Part shown: piece by piece, positions 1 through 10,430 of the stretch | How the letters are laid out: every line of letters starts with the position of its first letter | Numbering within the stretch: position 1 is the first letter of the stretch | Source of the DNA: Candidatus Thorarchaeota archaeon | GTDB taxonomy: Archaea; Asgardarchaeota; Thorarchaeia; Thorarchaeales; Thorarchaeaceae | Assembly: GCA_048882045.1 (NCBI GenBank) | Contig: JBHLRZ010000007.1 | Coordinates: forward strand, 32,001-96,000 | DNA length: 64,000 nt | Direction: 5' to 3' | Translations under genes and position numbers: made by a program | Notes under the pieces: generated by a model | Databases searched by the model: none | What the model was told of the DNA's origin: nothing | The model's input: the letters and a program-made list of their open reading frames with translations, nothing else

Positions 1-1
1 C

Positions 2-73
2 ATGCATGACGGAGAGATCTATGCTGGAGATGAGCTAATCTACAGCAAGGGCAAGTACTTCTATGAGATGTAA
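2..73 (+). CDS. 3' end of an M29 aminopeptidase paralog (partial, runs off the window)
   Basis: Translates as MHDGEIYAGDELIYSKGKYFYEM*, nearly identical to the C-terminus of the next gene (MHEGEIYAEEELIYSKGKYFFEM). Confidence 0.9.
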   Translation: MHDGEIYAGDELIYSKGKYFYEM

Positions 74-78
74 AACAC

Positions 79-1158
79 GTGGAGATGATTACAATGGACC
101 CAAGAATTGTGGATCATGCAAAGATACTGGTAAACTATAGCACCGAGGTGAAGAAGGGAGACAAGGTCGTAATTTCCGCGAATCCTGACGCTCATGAGTT
201 GGCTGTAGCTGTTACTCGACTTGTTGCTGAAGCTGGTGGAACAGCAATCACATTGATGAGAAGTGAAGAAATCAAACGTGCCACATATGATGGAGCGGAT
301 GATGAGACCCTTGAGGTCTTTCCTGCTCATCTAAATGCCTTGGCTGAGAAATCAGACGTTTACATAAGCCTAAGTTCTCCAGACAACATCAAAGCTTTAG
401 CTAATGTAGACCCTAGGAGAAAGATGATACGTGCAAAGACGGAAAAGCCAATTTGGGATCTCTTGACGACGAAGAGATGGGTAACAACTGTTCATCCTAA
501 TGCATCTCTTGCACAACAGGGCAATATGAGCTTGGAAGAGTATCGCGAGTTTGTATACAGTGCTTGTTTGGTCGATTGGGAAAAAGAGAGTAAGAATATT
601 TACCTAATGAAAGAGCACCTTGAGAAGCAAAAGGACATCAGATTCATCGGTCCAGAAACTGATCTCTATGCTTCAACTGAAGGAAGGCTTTGGGAAGCAG
701 CTGACGGTAAGTTCAACATGCCAGATGGTGAAGTGTTCACTGCGCCTGTTGAAGATACTGTTGAGGGTATGATCTATTTTGATGTTCCACTTCTTCAGGA
801 AGGGAAGGTATTGGATGGGATCAGACTGACCTTTGAGAAGGGGGAGGTTGTTGATTATTCAGCAGAAAAAGAAGAGCCAACACTAAAACAACTTCTAGAG
901 GTTGATGAGGGAGCTCGACGCCTTGGTGAGATGGCAATAGGCACAAATCGAGGCATCAAACAGTACACATTGAACATGCTATTCGATGAGAAACTGGGAG
1001 ATACAGTTCATTGTGCGTTAGGTATGGCATACCCAGAGTGCAATGGTGTCAATGAGAGCGCGATACATGTTGACATAATAAAGAAGATGCATGAAGGAGA
1101 GATTTATGCTGAAGAGGAACTGATCTACAGCAAAGGTAAGTACTTCTTTGAAATGTGA
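79..1158 (+). CDS. Aminopeptidase, M29 family (AmpS/AmpT-like); true start possibly ATG at 85 or 94
   Basis: NMPDGEVFTAP, LGEMAIG, LFDEKLGDTVHCALG and SAIHVD motifs. Confidence 0.92.
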   Translation: MEMITMDPRIVDHAKILVNYSTEVKKGDKVVISANPDAHELAVAVTRLVAEAGGTAITLMRSEEIKRATYDGADDETLEVFPAHLNALAEKSDVYISLSSPDNIKALANVDPRRKMIRAKTEKPIWDLLTTKRWVTTVHPNASLAQQGNMSLEEYREFVYSACLVDWEKESKNIYLMKEHLEKQKDIRFIGPETDLYASTEGRLWEAADGKFNMPDGEVFTAPVEDTVEGMIYFDVPLLQEGKVLDGIRLTFEKGEVVDYSAEKEEPTLKQLLEVDEGARRLGEMAIGTNRGIKQYTLNMLFDEKLGDTVHCALGMAYPECNGVNESAIHVDIIKKMHEGEIYAEEELIYSKGKYFFEM

Positions 1159-1240
1159 TACGATTAGAGATAGAGTACGGTATCTTCATATCATACAATG
1201 GGTTTCCACTCATAACCAGCACCAGGATGAATGCTGTATA

Positions 1241-2155
1241 ATGGACTCAGTTGACCGAAAACTCATGGACCTTCTAGCTATCAACTGCAGAATGAGTCTT
1301 CAGGACCTTTCAGAGAAGACAGGGATTTCTGCAAATGAGGTCAAAAGACGAATTGATTCCCTCGTAGAATCAGACATCATTCATAACTTCACAACTGTGT
1401 TCAGTCCTATAATGACAGATGAGGATCTTTCAATAGCTATCCTTGAGTTTAATTTGGTACCGAATGAGAAAGAAGTCCTTGAAGCATTGTCAAGAAACCC
1501 ATCAGTCTGGAAAGTCCACAGAGCCCTGGATGACAAGTATGTTGCTTTTGGAGTTGTCTATAGCGATGATGAACTGGCAAGACTAGGTATGACTTATCGC
1601 AGTCTCAGAGGAGTGGGCCGAGTAGACATCTTCACGAGTTTCATGCGTTACTGGGGTGGAGAGATACAACTGACTGGAGCACATAAGAAGGTTCTCAAAT
1701 GCCTGGCGACAGATGCACGTATGAGTGTGGCTGACATCGCAAAAAAGACACGATTAGAAACTAGTATGGTCATACAAACTATAGACCATCTTCGAGAGAG
1801 TGAAGCTGTTTTGTTTTCAATCAATGCTACAGACTACCTTAAGGACTCAAGAATCGAAATCCTCGCTAAAGTGCATTGGAATGTTGGAAAGACCAACCAA
1901 GAACAGGTCTCATCCTGGCTTCAGACGACATTCCCGACCATCTACCTTAGAGAGTTTGTATCAGTTGTAGAACCCACCCTGTTTTTCAACTTCACTGTGA
2001 ATCACGTTCGTGAAGTGGATATAGTGAAGAAACAGGTCATCGAGGCAGGTCTCATTTCTGTTTTCGAGCCGCTAATCCTATTCCCTGCTACAGTCCTATC
2101 AGATCCTCGGGTACGAAAGACAGACGAAGTCTTGACCGAAACTGGGTTCTCTTAG
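1241..2155 (+). CDS. Lrp/AsnC-family regulator with a duplicated HTH-RAM architecture
   Basis: Two Lrp-type HTHs (MDSVDRKLMDLLAINCRMSLQDLSEKTGIS; KKVLKCLATDARMSVADIAKKT). ATG at 1241 preferred over 1148. Confidence 0.8.
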   Translation: MDSVDRKLMDLLAINCRMSLQDLSEKTGISANEVKRRIDSLVESDIIHNFTTVFSPIMTDEDLSIAILEFNLVPNEKEVLEALSRNPSVWKVHRALDDKYVAFGVVYSDDELARLGMTYRSLRGVGRVDIFTSFMRYWGGEIQLTGAHKKVLKCLATDARMSVADIAKKTRLETSMVIQTIDHLRESEAVLFSINATDYLKDSRIEILAKVHWNVGKTNQEQVSSWLQTTFPTIYLREFVSVVEPTLFFNFTVNHVREVDIVKKQVIEAGLISVFEPLILFPATVLSDPRVRKTDEVLTETGFS

Positions 2156-2168
2156 CAAAATATAGTGA

Positions 2169-2192
2169 AGTGACGGGGAGTAGACCGTCACT
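2169..2192. terminator. Stem-loop between convergent genes
   Basis: AGTGACGG-N8-CCGTCACT. Confidence 0.45.
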
Positions 2193-2329
2193 CCAGGTGT
2201 ACTACAATGACGCTTCGAACAATCCTTCCAATTCTTGGAGGAGATTGACATGAATATAATGTAAATTTCTAATATAACTCAAGTAGTTACAGATTTGGAA
2301 TCTACTTACCATCTGGTAAGTAAGGATTT

Positions 2330-2357
2330 GGAGTGATGGGGATCAACCCATCACTCC
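2330..2357 (-). terminator. Stem-loop overlapping the MFS stop codon
   Basis: 11-bp perfect inverted repeat GGAGTGATGGG-N6-CCCATCACTCC. Confidence 0.55.
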
Positions 2358-3877
2358 GTGTTCGAAGTCACAACATGCTCTAGTTCATCAAGAAGATCAT
2401 CTGCAAGAGATATTTCACGCAGTTCTTCTTGTTGCTCAACATCTTTTGAAGCATCAGCTGATACAGCCTCATATTCTACGACCGGTTTCTCCAAAGTGAG
2501 AGCATACCTGATGATCATTGCTCCTATCAAGGATATACCAGCACAGATGAGAAGCGTCACTGGAAAACCGAGGATTGGAATCACCCACCCGAGTATTGCG
2601 ATTTGGGGTGTCGCAAGGATAAGCAGTATAGTTGGTTGAAGCGAATAGAGGGAGTTCCTGTTTCTATTTGGTATCGCGTCAAGGAGTTCTCGCTGAGTAA
2701 GTATCTCAGCAAACCCGCCAAAGAACATTGTCACTGTGAAGAGAGAGAATAGCATTATAATCGGGATAACATGCTGGACCGGTAACTCGATGAGTACTAT
2801 GGATGTGAAGGGCATCATTACCGTGACCATATCAGTAGCATTTGGTATCGGTGGGAAGAAGTACATCATTGCAGCGAGTATCACATAGAACGCAAATCCA
2901 CAGGCCTGCAGGAGCCTGAAACGAGGTATCCACTTCTTTGGTTCAAACTTCTGACTCCATACTCCAGACCGTTCATTAGCTGCTACTCCGGGAATGAACG
3001 CGATAGTGCGGTACGAAGCAACTGCGACATCTGTTATTAGATAGCTGAAATAGAGAGGGAATAGTATCAATTGGCCCCAAACGGAGATAGTGCTTGCACA
3101 CAGCATCGAACCAATAACAAGGAACTTGACGTATGGAGTATTCCAAAGATAACTCACTCCTTCCTTAAGCAATGAGGTGTATTCACTCATTGAGGGGTTT
3201 TCCTCCCTCATAGCTTCAACTTCTGGAAAATCACGAATGTATCGCATGACAAGTGCAGCAAAGAAGACCGCACCAAATGCCTCAATCTGAAAGACAGATG
3301 GTCGATTGAAAGCTGTTGCGAGAATACTTCCTGGAATCAAAGCAGCTGTCGAGGCAATCTGAGCGATCATTCCCATGCGTCCCCAGAATACTCCATACTG
3401 CTTCCGCTGTGTGTCTTGAGGCATTGCCACTCTGTAGTTATTGTCGAACCAAGCGTTCCAGGCTCCACTGATCTGAGACTGGGCAATCCCTTGAATCATG
3501 AATATTGCGACAAGATAGAGGAACGGAGTCGAAGAGTTCACGAAAGAGACCATGAAGAAGACAACTCCATAGAGTACGTTGCCAATAGCGATGACATATC
3601 TTTGTCCGATAGCATCACCAAGAGCGCCACTGGGATAATCGAGAATGGTCTGAGTAACCATCTCAATGGAAACGAGGATTCCAAGAAAACCCAGTCCTTG
3701 GATGAAATCTCCGCCACCCAGAGCCTCAGCAATGAAGATTGTATAGAAGGTCGTACTCAGTGTAAAGATGATATTTGCAGTTGGTAGGAGCAGCAGGAGA
3801 ATCTTGCCAAGATGGATGGCTTTCTCGTCTGCCTCGCTGAATCCCATGAAACTTGATGTTCGACTCATCGGTGCCAA
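2351..3877 (-). CDS. MFS transporter
   Basis: About 12 TM segments; motif A-like DYPSGALGDAIGQR; acidic C-terminal tail. Confidence 0.85.
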   Translation of the reverse strand: MAPMSRTSSFMGFSEADEKAIHLGKILLLLLPTANIIFTLSTTFYTIFIAEALGGGDFIQGLGFLGILVSIEMVTQTILDYPSGALGDAIGQRYVIAIGNVLYGVVFFMVSFVNSSTPFLYLVAIFMIQGIAQSQISGAWNAWFDNNYRVAMPQDTQRKQYGVFWGRMGMIAQIASTAALIPGSILATAFNRPSVFQIEAFGAVFFAALVMRYIRDFPEVEAMREENPSMSEYTSLLKEGVSYLWNTPYVKFLVIGSMLCASTISVWGQLILFPLYFSYLITDVAVASYRTIAFIPGVAANERSGVWSQKFEPKKWIPRFRLLQACGFAFYVILAAMMYFFPPIPNATDMVTVMMPFTSIVLIELPVQHVIPIIMLFSLFTVTMFFGGFAEILTQRELLDAIPNRNRNSLYSLQPTILLILATPQIAILGWVIPILGFPVTLLICAGISLIGAMIIRYALTLEKPVVEYEAVSADASKDVEQQEELREISLADDLLDELEHVVTSNTE

Positions 3878-4286
3878 ATCCTAACCAGAATTGAATAAGA
3901 ACTAACGGAAGTACGTAGGAATTCTGTATATAATGGAAAGGCACTACTCAGGGTCGCCTCTCGTGGTCACCTGTTGTGTCTTTTTACCTAACGTTTTTGG
4001 CTCGGATTTGGATAGTATATCAGTAGGCAAGGCTGTCAAGTATGCGAACAGCTTACGGGAACTCAGTACTCTCAGCAATGAAGTTAGGGACTAAATGTGA
4101 ACAATCAAACCTTTCTAGAATCGAACAGACAATGAAAGACTTGAGTATCGACATAGAAATCAAGCGTTCACGAGAACTTCGTTTAGCACCGATATGCTTA
4201 AGCAAATGGAAGATTACATTTTGAAGCTTGCAGATTTCAAACAGAAGTACAGTTGATGATAATCGAATCCTTTTTCGGTCACCAAG

Positions 4287-5039
4287 ATGTCAGTGACAAC
4301 CATGACTGACACCTTTGGGAAGATAATGAGAGACGTAGTCGAAGGAAAGGACTCCAGTTATATCATCGAGAGAGATGATGGATTCATTCGTTACACATCT
4401 GGGGATTCCTATATCAAACCAATCGATGAATGGAATGAATCTGAAAGGAAGGCAATGGAGGGAATTAAAGGTCCTGTCCTGGATGTTGGATGCGGAGTTG
4501 GACGTGTCGGTGACTACGTGAAGAGTATTGGTCTCGAATACTATGGCGTTGATCTCTCGCCATTGGCGGTAGAAATGTGTCATAAGCGGGGACATAGCAA
4601 AACCTACGTCATGTCTGCGGATGACATTAAACTGGACTGCTCGGACTTCAGAACAGTTATTCTCTTTGGCAACAACTTTGGTATCATGGGGGATCCAAAA
4701 GGAGTAGTTAGGATGCTGAAGGGATTCCATCATGTCACTACGAATGATTCGGTGATTCTGGCTGGTTCATTAGATCCGTTCAAGACGGACGATGAAATGC
4801 ATCTGGCATATCATGAGAAGAACAGAGCTGAAGGGAAACCGCCGGGACTTCTCAGACTGAGGAACAAATACAGAGGTGAGGTTGATGATTGGTGGTACCT
4901 CCTTATTGCAGACATAGATTTGATGTCCGAGTTGACAGAAGAAGCTGGGTGGTACCTCGATCATATAGTTGGCGCTCCGACAAAGCGTCGGAGGTTGGAA
5001 ACCTACAATGTTGGAGTATTGAAGAAGAAGAGGTCATGA
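4287..5039 (+). CDS. Class I SAM-dependent methyltransferase
   Basis: VLDVGCGVG motif I, GVDLSP. Confidence 0.88.
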   Translation: MSVTTMTDTFGKIMRDVVEGKDSSYIIERDDGFIRYTSGDSYIKPIDEWNESERKAMEGIKGPVLDVGCGVGRVGDYVKSIGLEYYGVDLSPLAVEMCHKRGHSKTYVMSADDIKLDCSDFRTVILFGNNFGIMGDPKGVVRMLKGFHHVTTNDSVILAGSLDPFKTDDEMHLAYHEKNRAEGKPPGLLRLRNKYRGEVDDWWYLLIADIDLMSELTEEAGWYLDHIVGAPTKRRRLETYNVGVLKKKRS

Positions 5040-5045
5040 AGAAGG

Positions 5046-6020
5046 ATGTCGGAGAGTCCAATCTTAGAGATCAATAAAAGTGTTCAATTATTCATCCCCC
5101 CGCCCGATAAAATAGCTGGATGGCGAAGGTCTGGTAACATAGTCTTCCTCAGTGATTCTGAAGCACTGTACGTCATTGATAGTGGGGGTCCTTCGGTCAA
5201 GAAGCAATTGATTCGGATCGTGAATAACCTTGAGGCAAACGACAAGAATCCTGTTCACTGCATACACACACACGGGCATATCGATCATATGGCAGGTGCC
5301 CAAACATTATTGACAGAGTTCAAGGCCGAGATTTGGGCATCTGAAGCTGCCATTCCATTTGTTGAGAATCAGTCTCCAATTTATATGGAAAAAGAAAAGG
5401 AATCAATCATAGTATCACATCGTGAGCTCTTTACAGCTCCATCCTGGTTCGTAAAAGCTGCAATGCTAGTCGCAATAGGCAGGAGTAAGCCACTTTCATC
5501 CGTCAAACCGATTGATGAAAAATCAAACATTGGAACAACTGGTTTCCATCCCATTGAACTGCCAGGACATCATCAGGGTCATTTTGGGTTCTACAATGAA
5601 GACAGTGGGATTCTCATCAGTGGCGACCTGATTGATCCACGTCATAGAATGAAACCCAGTCTCACATCACCGTCATCAGACTTTGAAGGGATGATGAGGT
5701 CAATGGATATTGTACTGAAGCTTGAACCGGAAATCATTCTTCCTGGACACGGAGAGCCAGTCAACGGAAAAGAAACAGTCATGGATTCAATCCTAATAGC
5801 AAAAGATACAATGCAAACTGCTAGTGACCGAGTAATCGAGATTCTTGAAACACAACCATCGACACTACCAGAACTCTCTCGCCTGATGCAGAGGATGGGT
5901 CTCGGTCCTGGTGATGTCTTCAGAAGGATGTTCATCCACAGTATCCTTCATCATCTTGTGAACATTGGCAAAGTCAATGCAAGAAAAATATCTCGTGGAA
6001 GAACAGAATTTTCAATCTAG
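5046..6020 (+). CDS. MBL-fold metallo-hydrolase with a C-terminal wHTH-like segment
   Basis: THGHIDH, PGH, SGD and PGHG motifs. Confidence 0.88.
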   Translation: MSESPILEINKSVQLFIPPPDKIAGWRRSGNIVFLSDSEALYVIDSGGPSVKKQLIRIVNNLEANDKNPVHCIHTHGHIDHMAGAQTLLTEFKAEIWASEAAIPFVENQSPIYMEKEKESIIVSHRELFTAPSWFVKAAMLVAIGRSKPLSSVKPIDEKSNIGTTGFHPIELPGHHQGHFGFYNEDSGILISGDLIDPRHRMKPSLTSPSSDFEGMMRSMDIVLKLEPEIILPGHGEPVNGKETVMDSILIAKDTMQTASDRVIEILETQPSTLPELSRLMQRMGLGPGDVFRRMFIHSILHHLVNIGKVNARKISRGRTEFSI

Positions 6021-7645
6021 TTGCTTTCCACATCCAGGTCCTTCAAGACTGTTCTTAATATCTTCCCATCTTCAGCAACGGGTAGTGATTTCTTTATAAC
6101 AATGTCACGAGGTTTTTTGTAAGAAGCCATTTTACCAGCACACCACTCGCTGACCTCGTCAGGTGTGATTTCTTTTCCAGCCACAGGAACAATGAAGGCT
6201 CTTACTGCTTCACCCCACACACGGTCCTGAATTCCTACAACAACAGCAGTGTCAATCTTGGGGTGTTGACACAAAATGTCCTCAACCTCTGCAGGAAAGA
6301 CTTTCTCGCCTCCAGTAAATATGATTTCGCTCTTTCTTTCGACATAGTAGTAATTGCCTTCTTCATCAACACGAAACAAATCACCAGTATAGAACCATTG
6401 CCCATCGAATGACTCCCTTGTTCTAGAGTCGTCACCATGATATCCACGCATGAGAGACGGACTCCTATAGATAGCTTCACCGACTTCACCAGGTTCCACA
6501 TCTTTCCCCTTGTCATTTACAACCCGCATCTCAACGCCACTAATGGGCTTTCCAATGTATCCTTCAGTGATCTTGGGAATATCATCCACAGTGAGGAACG
6601 AATAGATAGCTGCACCGATGTTCTCTGTCTGGCCATATCCATCAACGAGAACAGTGTTTGGAAACCGATGGAGTATCTCTTTCTTCATGGAGGCAGGCAT
6701 CTTCGATCCTCCTGAAGAGAGGAGAGTCACAGAGCTCAGATCGTATGAATCCAAGTCTGGATAGTCAAGGAAGATCCTGAACTGTGTTGGGACCATAAAG
6801 ATGGTTGTGACTTTCTCGCGCTCAACAATCTCAACAATCTCCTTTGGTTCAAAACTCAAAGATTTTGGAAAGACAACAGGTCTCTTCATTGCAGTCATGA
6901 TAATAGCAGGCATGAATCCTGACAGATGGTATAAGGGAGTTGGTACAAGGAATTTCAACTCATGTTTGGTAGGAAGAAGGGCAGACTCAGGAACCTCTCC
7001 TTCAAAAATGAGTTTAAGACCGTGGTCTGGAATTAATGTGCATGCATCTAGGAGGGCTTTGTGTGTGAAGTCTGTACCCTTGGGCAGACCAGTAGTCCCC
7101 CCTGTAAAGAGCTGGACTCCGAGAGCATCGTCAGAAACCGAGATGTTTGGATGTTTGGACGAAACCCCTTCTGTGAAGTCCTTCCAAGATCGAGTATTGG
7201 TCTTTGTATCAGTCTCGCCACCGACAACAATCATCGGTAGTCTCTTTTTAGCGTCAGGAAACGCATCAATGGTCTGCTGCTGATGATGAGTGCTACATAT
7301 GCAAACACCAGGTTTGCCGGTGTTAAAGACATGGCGGATTTCTCGTCCAACGAACCTCGTGCTGATCGGAGCTGGAACCAATCCAGCTCTTTGGGACCCA
7401 TATAATGAGGCAAGATACTCTGGTCTATTTTCCATAATTATTGCTACTCGCATACCTGAAGAATCAGGAAAAAACTTCAACAGAGCATTGGCGACAATGG
7501 AAATGGAGTCATCCAAATCTGACCAAGTCAGGTGACTATCACCATATACGACTGCCAACATGTCACCATAATCCAGTGCATTTCTCCTTAAGAGATCACA
7601 GAATGCTCTTAACGGAGCATCCTCTTCTCCATCTGAAGGACTCAT
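6017..7645 (-). CDS. Acyl-CoA synthetase (AMP-binding, long-chain fatty acid-CoA ligase-like)
   Basis: FTGGTTGLPKG, GYGQTE, WFYTGD, GKILR. Confidence 0.92.
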   Translation of the reverse strand: MSPSDGEEDAPLRAFCDLLRRNALDYGDMLAVVYGDSHLTWSDLDDSISIVANALLKFFPDSSGMRVAIIMENRPEYLASLYGSQRAGLVPAPISTRFVGREIRHVFNTGKPGVCICSTHHQQQTIDAFPDAKKRLPMIVVGGETDTKTNTRSWKDFTEGVSSKHPNISVSDDALGVQLFTGGTTGLPKGTDFTHKALLDACTLIPDHGLKLIFEGEVPESALLPTKHELKFLVPTPLYHLSGFMPAIIMTAMKRPVVFPKSLSFEPKEIVEIVEREKVTTIFMVPTQFRIFLDYPDLDSYDLSSVTLLSSGGSKMPASMKKEILHRFPNTVLVDGYGQTENIGAAIYSFLTVDDIPKITEGYIGKPISGVEMRVVNDKGKDVEPGEVGEAIYRSPSLMRGYHGDDSRTRESFDGQWFYTGDLFRVDEEGNYYYVERKSEIIFTGGEKVFPAEVEDILCQHPKIDTAVVVGIQDRVWGEAVRAFIVPVAGKEITPDEVSEWCAGKMASYKKPRDIVIKKSLPVAEDGKILRTVLKDLDVESN

Positions 7646-7980
7646 TTCATCAATGCCTGTAGTTTGATAAGGTCGTTCATTGGACCTTTCGCTTTCACTT
7701 TTCCACCCATGAATGCTCGAGTAGGGCTAAGAGAACCATCCATGATTGCCATAATAGCATCAGTAGTTGTGGTGATAACAAGTTCCGCTGAATCATCAAC
7801 GCCATCTACGATTTTTGCAGATCCTTCCTTAAAGACAATGTGACAGATTGCATCATTATTGTCCGTAAATTCAAATTGGAGGGTCCTGTTGAAGTCTGCA
7901 TAGCGTGCCTTGTATTTAGGATCGTCCATCTTCCCAACCATTTTTTCAAGAGATGAAATCACTTCTTCTTTTGTTGGCAT
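7642..7980 (-). CDS. SCP2 sterol/lipid-binding domain protein
   Basis: GSLSPTRAFMGGKVKAKGPMNDLIKL is an SCP2 signature. ATG at 7980 avoids overlap with the upstream gene. Confidence 0.85.
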   Translation of the reverse strand: MPTKEEVISSLEKMVGKMDDPKYKARYADFNRTLQFEFTDNNDAICHIVFKEGSAKIVDGVDDSAELVITTTTDAIMAIMDGSLSPTRAFMGGKVKAKGPMNDLIKLQALMK

Positions 7981-7997
7981 CAATTCACTTCCTGTTT

Positions 7998-8756
7998 CTA
8001 TTTTCCCTTCCATTCAGCAGGGCGTTTCTCCATCCAAGCTTCAAAGCCCTCAATGACATCCTCTGAGCGGAAGAGCTCATTGAAAGGTTCCCAGAGTGCA
8101 CCTATCTCTCGGATGCCCCTCCTAAGGAACTCCTTTGTGAGCTTCTGTGATAAGGGAGCAACAAGTTTGATGTCTTCACAGAGTTCTGTTACTTCCTTTT
8201 CCAAATCAGCGTGTGGAACAACTTTATTCACGAAACCCATTCGATAAGCCTCATGAGCATTAATTGACTTCCCTGTGAACGTGAGTTCTTTGATGTGTCG
8301 CATGTTATACTCATGGGCTCTGATAATCAAGAGTCCTGACATCAGGCCGCGCCTATTCTCACGAAATGCGAAGATGGCTTGGTCTGATGCAATTGCAATA
8401 TCGCAGAAGAGTGTGAGTTCAAAACCTCCTGCATAAGCATACCCATTGACAGCGGCAATGACTGGTTTTGGATAACGTTGTAGTAGTTCAATCGGATCCA
8501 AGATGACACTCAGGAACTCACCGAGACCCTGGAAACCTATTGTACTCATTTCCTTGATGTCAAGCCCAGCACTGAAAGCTGTACCTTCACCAGTGAGTAC
8601 CAATGCTCTCACTGAATAGTCATCATAAGTATCTTGCAAAACTTGCATGAGCTCCATCCACGTTTGACGTGAGAGAGCATTTCTTACCTCGGGTCGATTG
8701 AATGTGATCCAACCAATTCCATCCTTAACTTCATACTTTATACATTCAAAGGTCAA
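7998..8756 (-). CDS. Enoyl-CoA hydratase/isomerase
   Basis: FSAGLDI, KPVIAAVNGYAYAGGFE. Confidence 0.92.
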   Translation of the reverse strand: MTFECIKYEVKDGIGWITFNRPEVRNALSRQTWMELMQVLQDTYDDYSVRALVLTGEGTAFSAGLDIKEMSTIGFQGLGEFLSVILDPIELLQRYPKPVIAAVNGYAYAGGFELTLFCDIAIASDQAIFAFRENRRGLMSGLLIIRAHEYNMRHIKELTFTGKSINAHEAYRMGFVNKVVPHADLEKEVTELCEDIKLVAPLSQKLTKEFLRRGIREIGALWEPFNELFRSEDVIEGFEAWMEKRPAEWKGK

Positions 8757-8768
8757 ATGCTGTTCCTC

Positions 8769-10001
8769 CTATAGTTCATCTGGGTCTACACCTCGTAACA
8801 CTCTGGGAAGTGTATAAGGATTAGGAGTCTGTTTAAACTCCTGTCGTCCAATGAATAGCTTGAGAATATCGTTTCCTCCTCCAGTGACTTTGGTCAGCAA
8901 TGCGTTCTTCAGAATTGAGGAAGCAAGAAACTCCTCTGTGTATCCATCTCCTGAAAGGATGACTAAAGCATCCTGGGCAATATCGATGAGGGCATCTGTT
9001 GAGTAAATCTTGCAGATGGCTGCATCGATACCAAACTGAAACATATCAGCTTCGCCACTATCAAGTTGTGCTGCCAACCCGTAGAGATACGATCGAGCCA
9101 GCTTAAGTCTGATTATCATATCAGCCATTCTCATCTGAATGGTCTGATATCTTGAGATTGGTTCATCGAACTGGACTCTCCGTCGACCGTATGCTTTTGC
9201 AGTTTCAACAAGCATTCGCGCTTGACCTACAGTAGCTGCGATTCCAAGCCGCTCAATGTTTAGACCTGAAGTCATCACAGTCCACCCGTCCCCTTCAAAG
9301 AGGATCATGTTTTCCTCCGGCACACGAACATCTCTGAAGCGAATAACACTATTGAACATTTCAACGTCACCAGTCAGGTCATTCAGCTTCTCAATCGTAA
9401 TCCCTTTTGTTTCTCGAGGGATTAGAAATGCAGAGAGATGAGTGTGAGTAGCCTGAGCCTCAGGAGAAGGATCTGTAAGAGTATATGTCATTAGATAATC
9501 AGCTTTGGCTCCAAGAGTTATGAATCGTTTCCATCCATTGAGTACATACTCATCACCATCTTTCTCAGCAAAGAGTTGAACATTGGAAGCATCATTTCCA
9601 ACATCTGGTTCAGTCACACAGATAGCTGTCCATTTCTCACCATTAAGCATCGGATTGAGAAAGCGTTCTTTCTGTTCAGGAGACCCAAACAAATGGATAG
9701 GTCCGCCGCCAAAGACTGTTGTGAGTAATGGATTGATGTTTAGAAAGCATCTCCCGAATTCTTCATTGAGGATAGTATAACCAGTGTAACCCTCACCTCG
9801 ACCTCCGTGCTCCTCCTCAACTAGCATTGCTAGAGGATGAAAACCCTTGTCCACTACAAACTTGCTGAGTTCCCATTGGACATCCATTGCCTGTCTATAG
9901 TCCATTTTGTCTGCGCGTGGTCTAAGCTCTGAGTTCACAAAATCTTCAACCTCAGATGCAAACTTCTTGTTCCTCTCAGTCCACCATGGAAAAGTTTCCA
10001 A
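8769..10001 (-). CDS. Acyl-CoA dehydrogenase
   Basis: TEPDVGND, LNGWKRFIT, R-x-QF, GDGYTEE. Confidence 0.92.
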   Translation of the reverse strand: METFPWWTERNKKFASEVEDFVNSELRPRADKMDYRQAMDVQWELSKFVVDKGFHPLAMLVEEEHGGRGEGYTGYTILNEEFGRCFLNINPLLTTVFGGGPIHLFGSPEQKERFLNPMLNGEKWTAICVTEPDVGNDASNVQLFAEKDGDEYVLNGWKRFITLGAKADYLMTYTLTDPSPEAQATHTHLSAFLIPRETKGITIEKLNDLTGDVEMFNSVIRFRDVRVPEENMILFEGDGWTVMTSGLNIERLGIAATVGQARMLVETAKAYGRRRVQFDEPISRYQTIQMRMADMIIRLKLARSYLYGLAAQLDSGEADMFQFGIDAAICKIYSTDALIDIAQDALVILSGDGYTEEFLASSILKNALLTKVTGGGNDILKLFIGRQEFKQTPNPYTLPRVLRGVDPDEL

Positions 10002-10002
10002 C

Positions 10003-10281
10003 TTATTTCACCTCCAGGCCATATCGAAGCTTTACATCTCCGATTTCATTGATTCCTCGCCATGTTATCTTAGCTAGCTTGATAATGTTTCGATGATCGA
10101 TCCATATAGTGATGAGACCCTCATGGTCCAGTTCTCGTAGTGCTTCATCAAACACCGTGGTGTCATCCACTCCAAGCTTTCTCATCATGTCTTCTTTCTC
10201 AGAATGGAGAGCTTGAGTATATTCGAACTCACGAACCAGTAGATTTAGGATTCGGCTTCTAAGGTCAGTAGTCATTACCAC
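10003..10281 (-). CDS. Small winged-helix protein heading the beta-oxidation operon
   Basis: wHTH-like pattern (ALRELDHEGLI...AKITWRG); GGAG-type RBS; 1-bp gap to the ACAD gene. Confidence 0.6.
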   Translation of the reverse strand: MVMTTDLRSRILNLLVREFEYTQALHSEKEDMMRKLGVDDTTVFDEALRELDHEGLITIWIDHRNIIKLAKITWRGINEIGDVKLRYGLEVK

Positions 10282-10430
10282 CTCTCCTTAGTTTTTGAAC
10301 AGCAAATGGCCGATTTAAATAATCTGTTGGAAATCTTCTGAATTGAAGTTTGACTGTGTTAGGAAGATGAAACTACTTCAGAGATTTGAAAACGCTCTGT
10401 CTTATATTCCCCCAATGTACATAGTAAGTA

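Noticed and set aside
3880-4286. Intergenic region or 60-aa ORF as an ncRNA or gene
   Set aside because: No tRNA fold, known RNA motif or protein motif discernible
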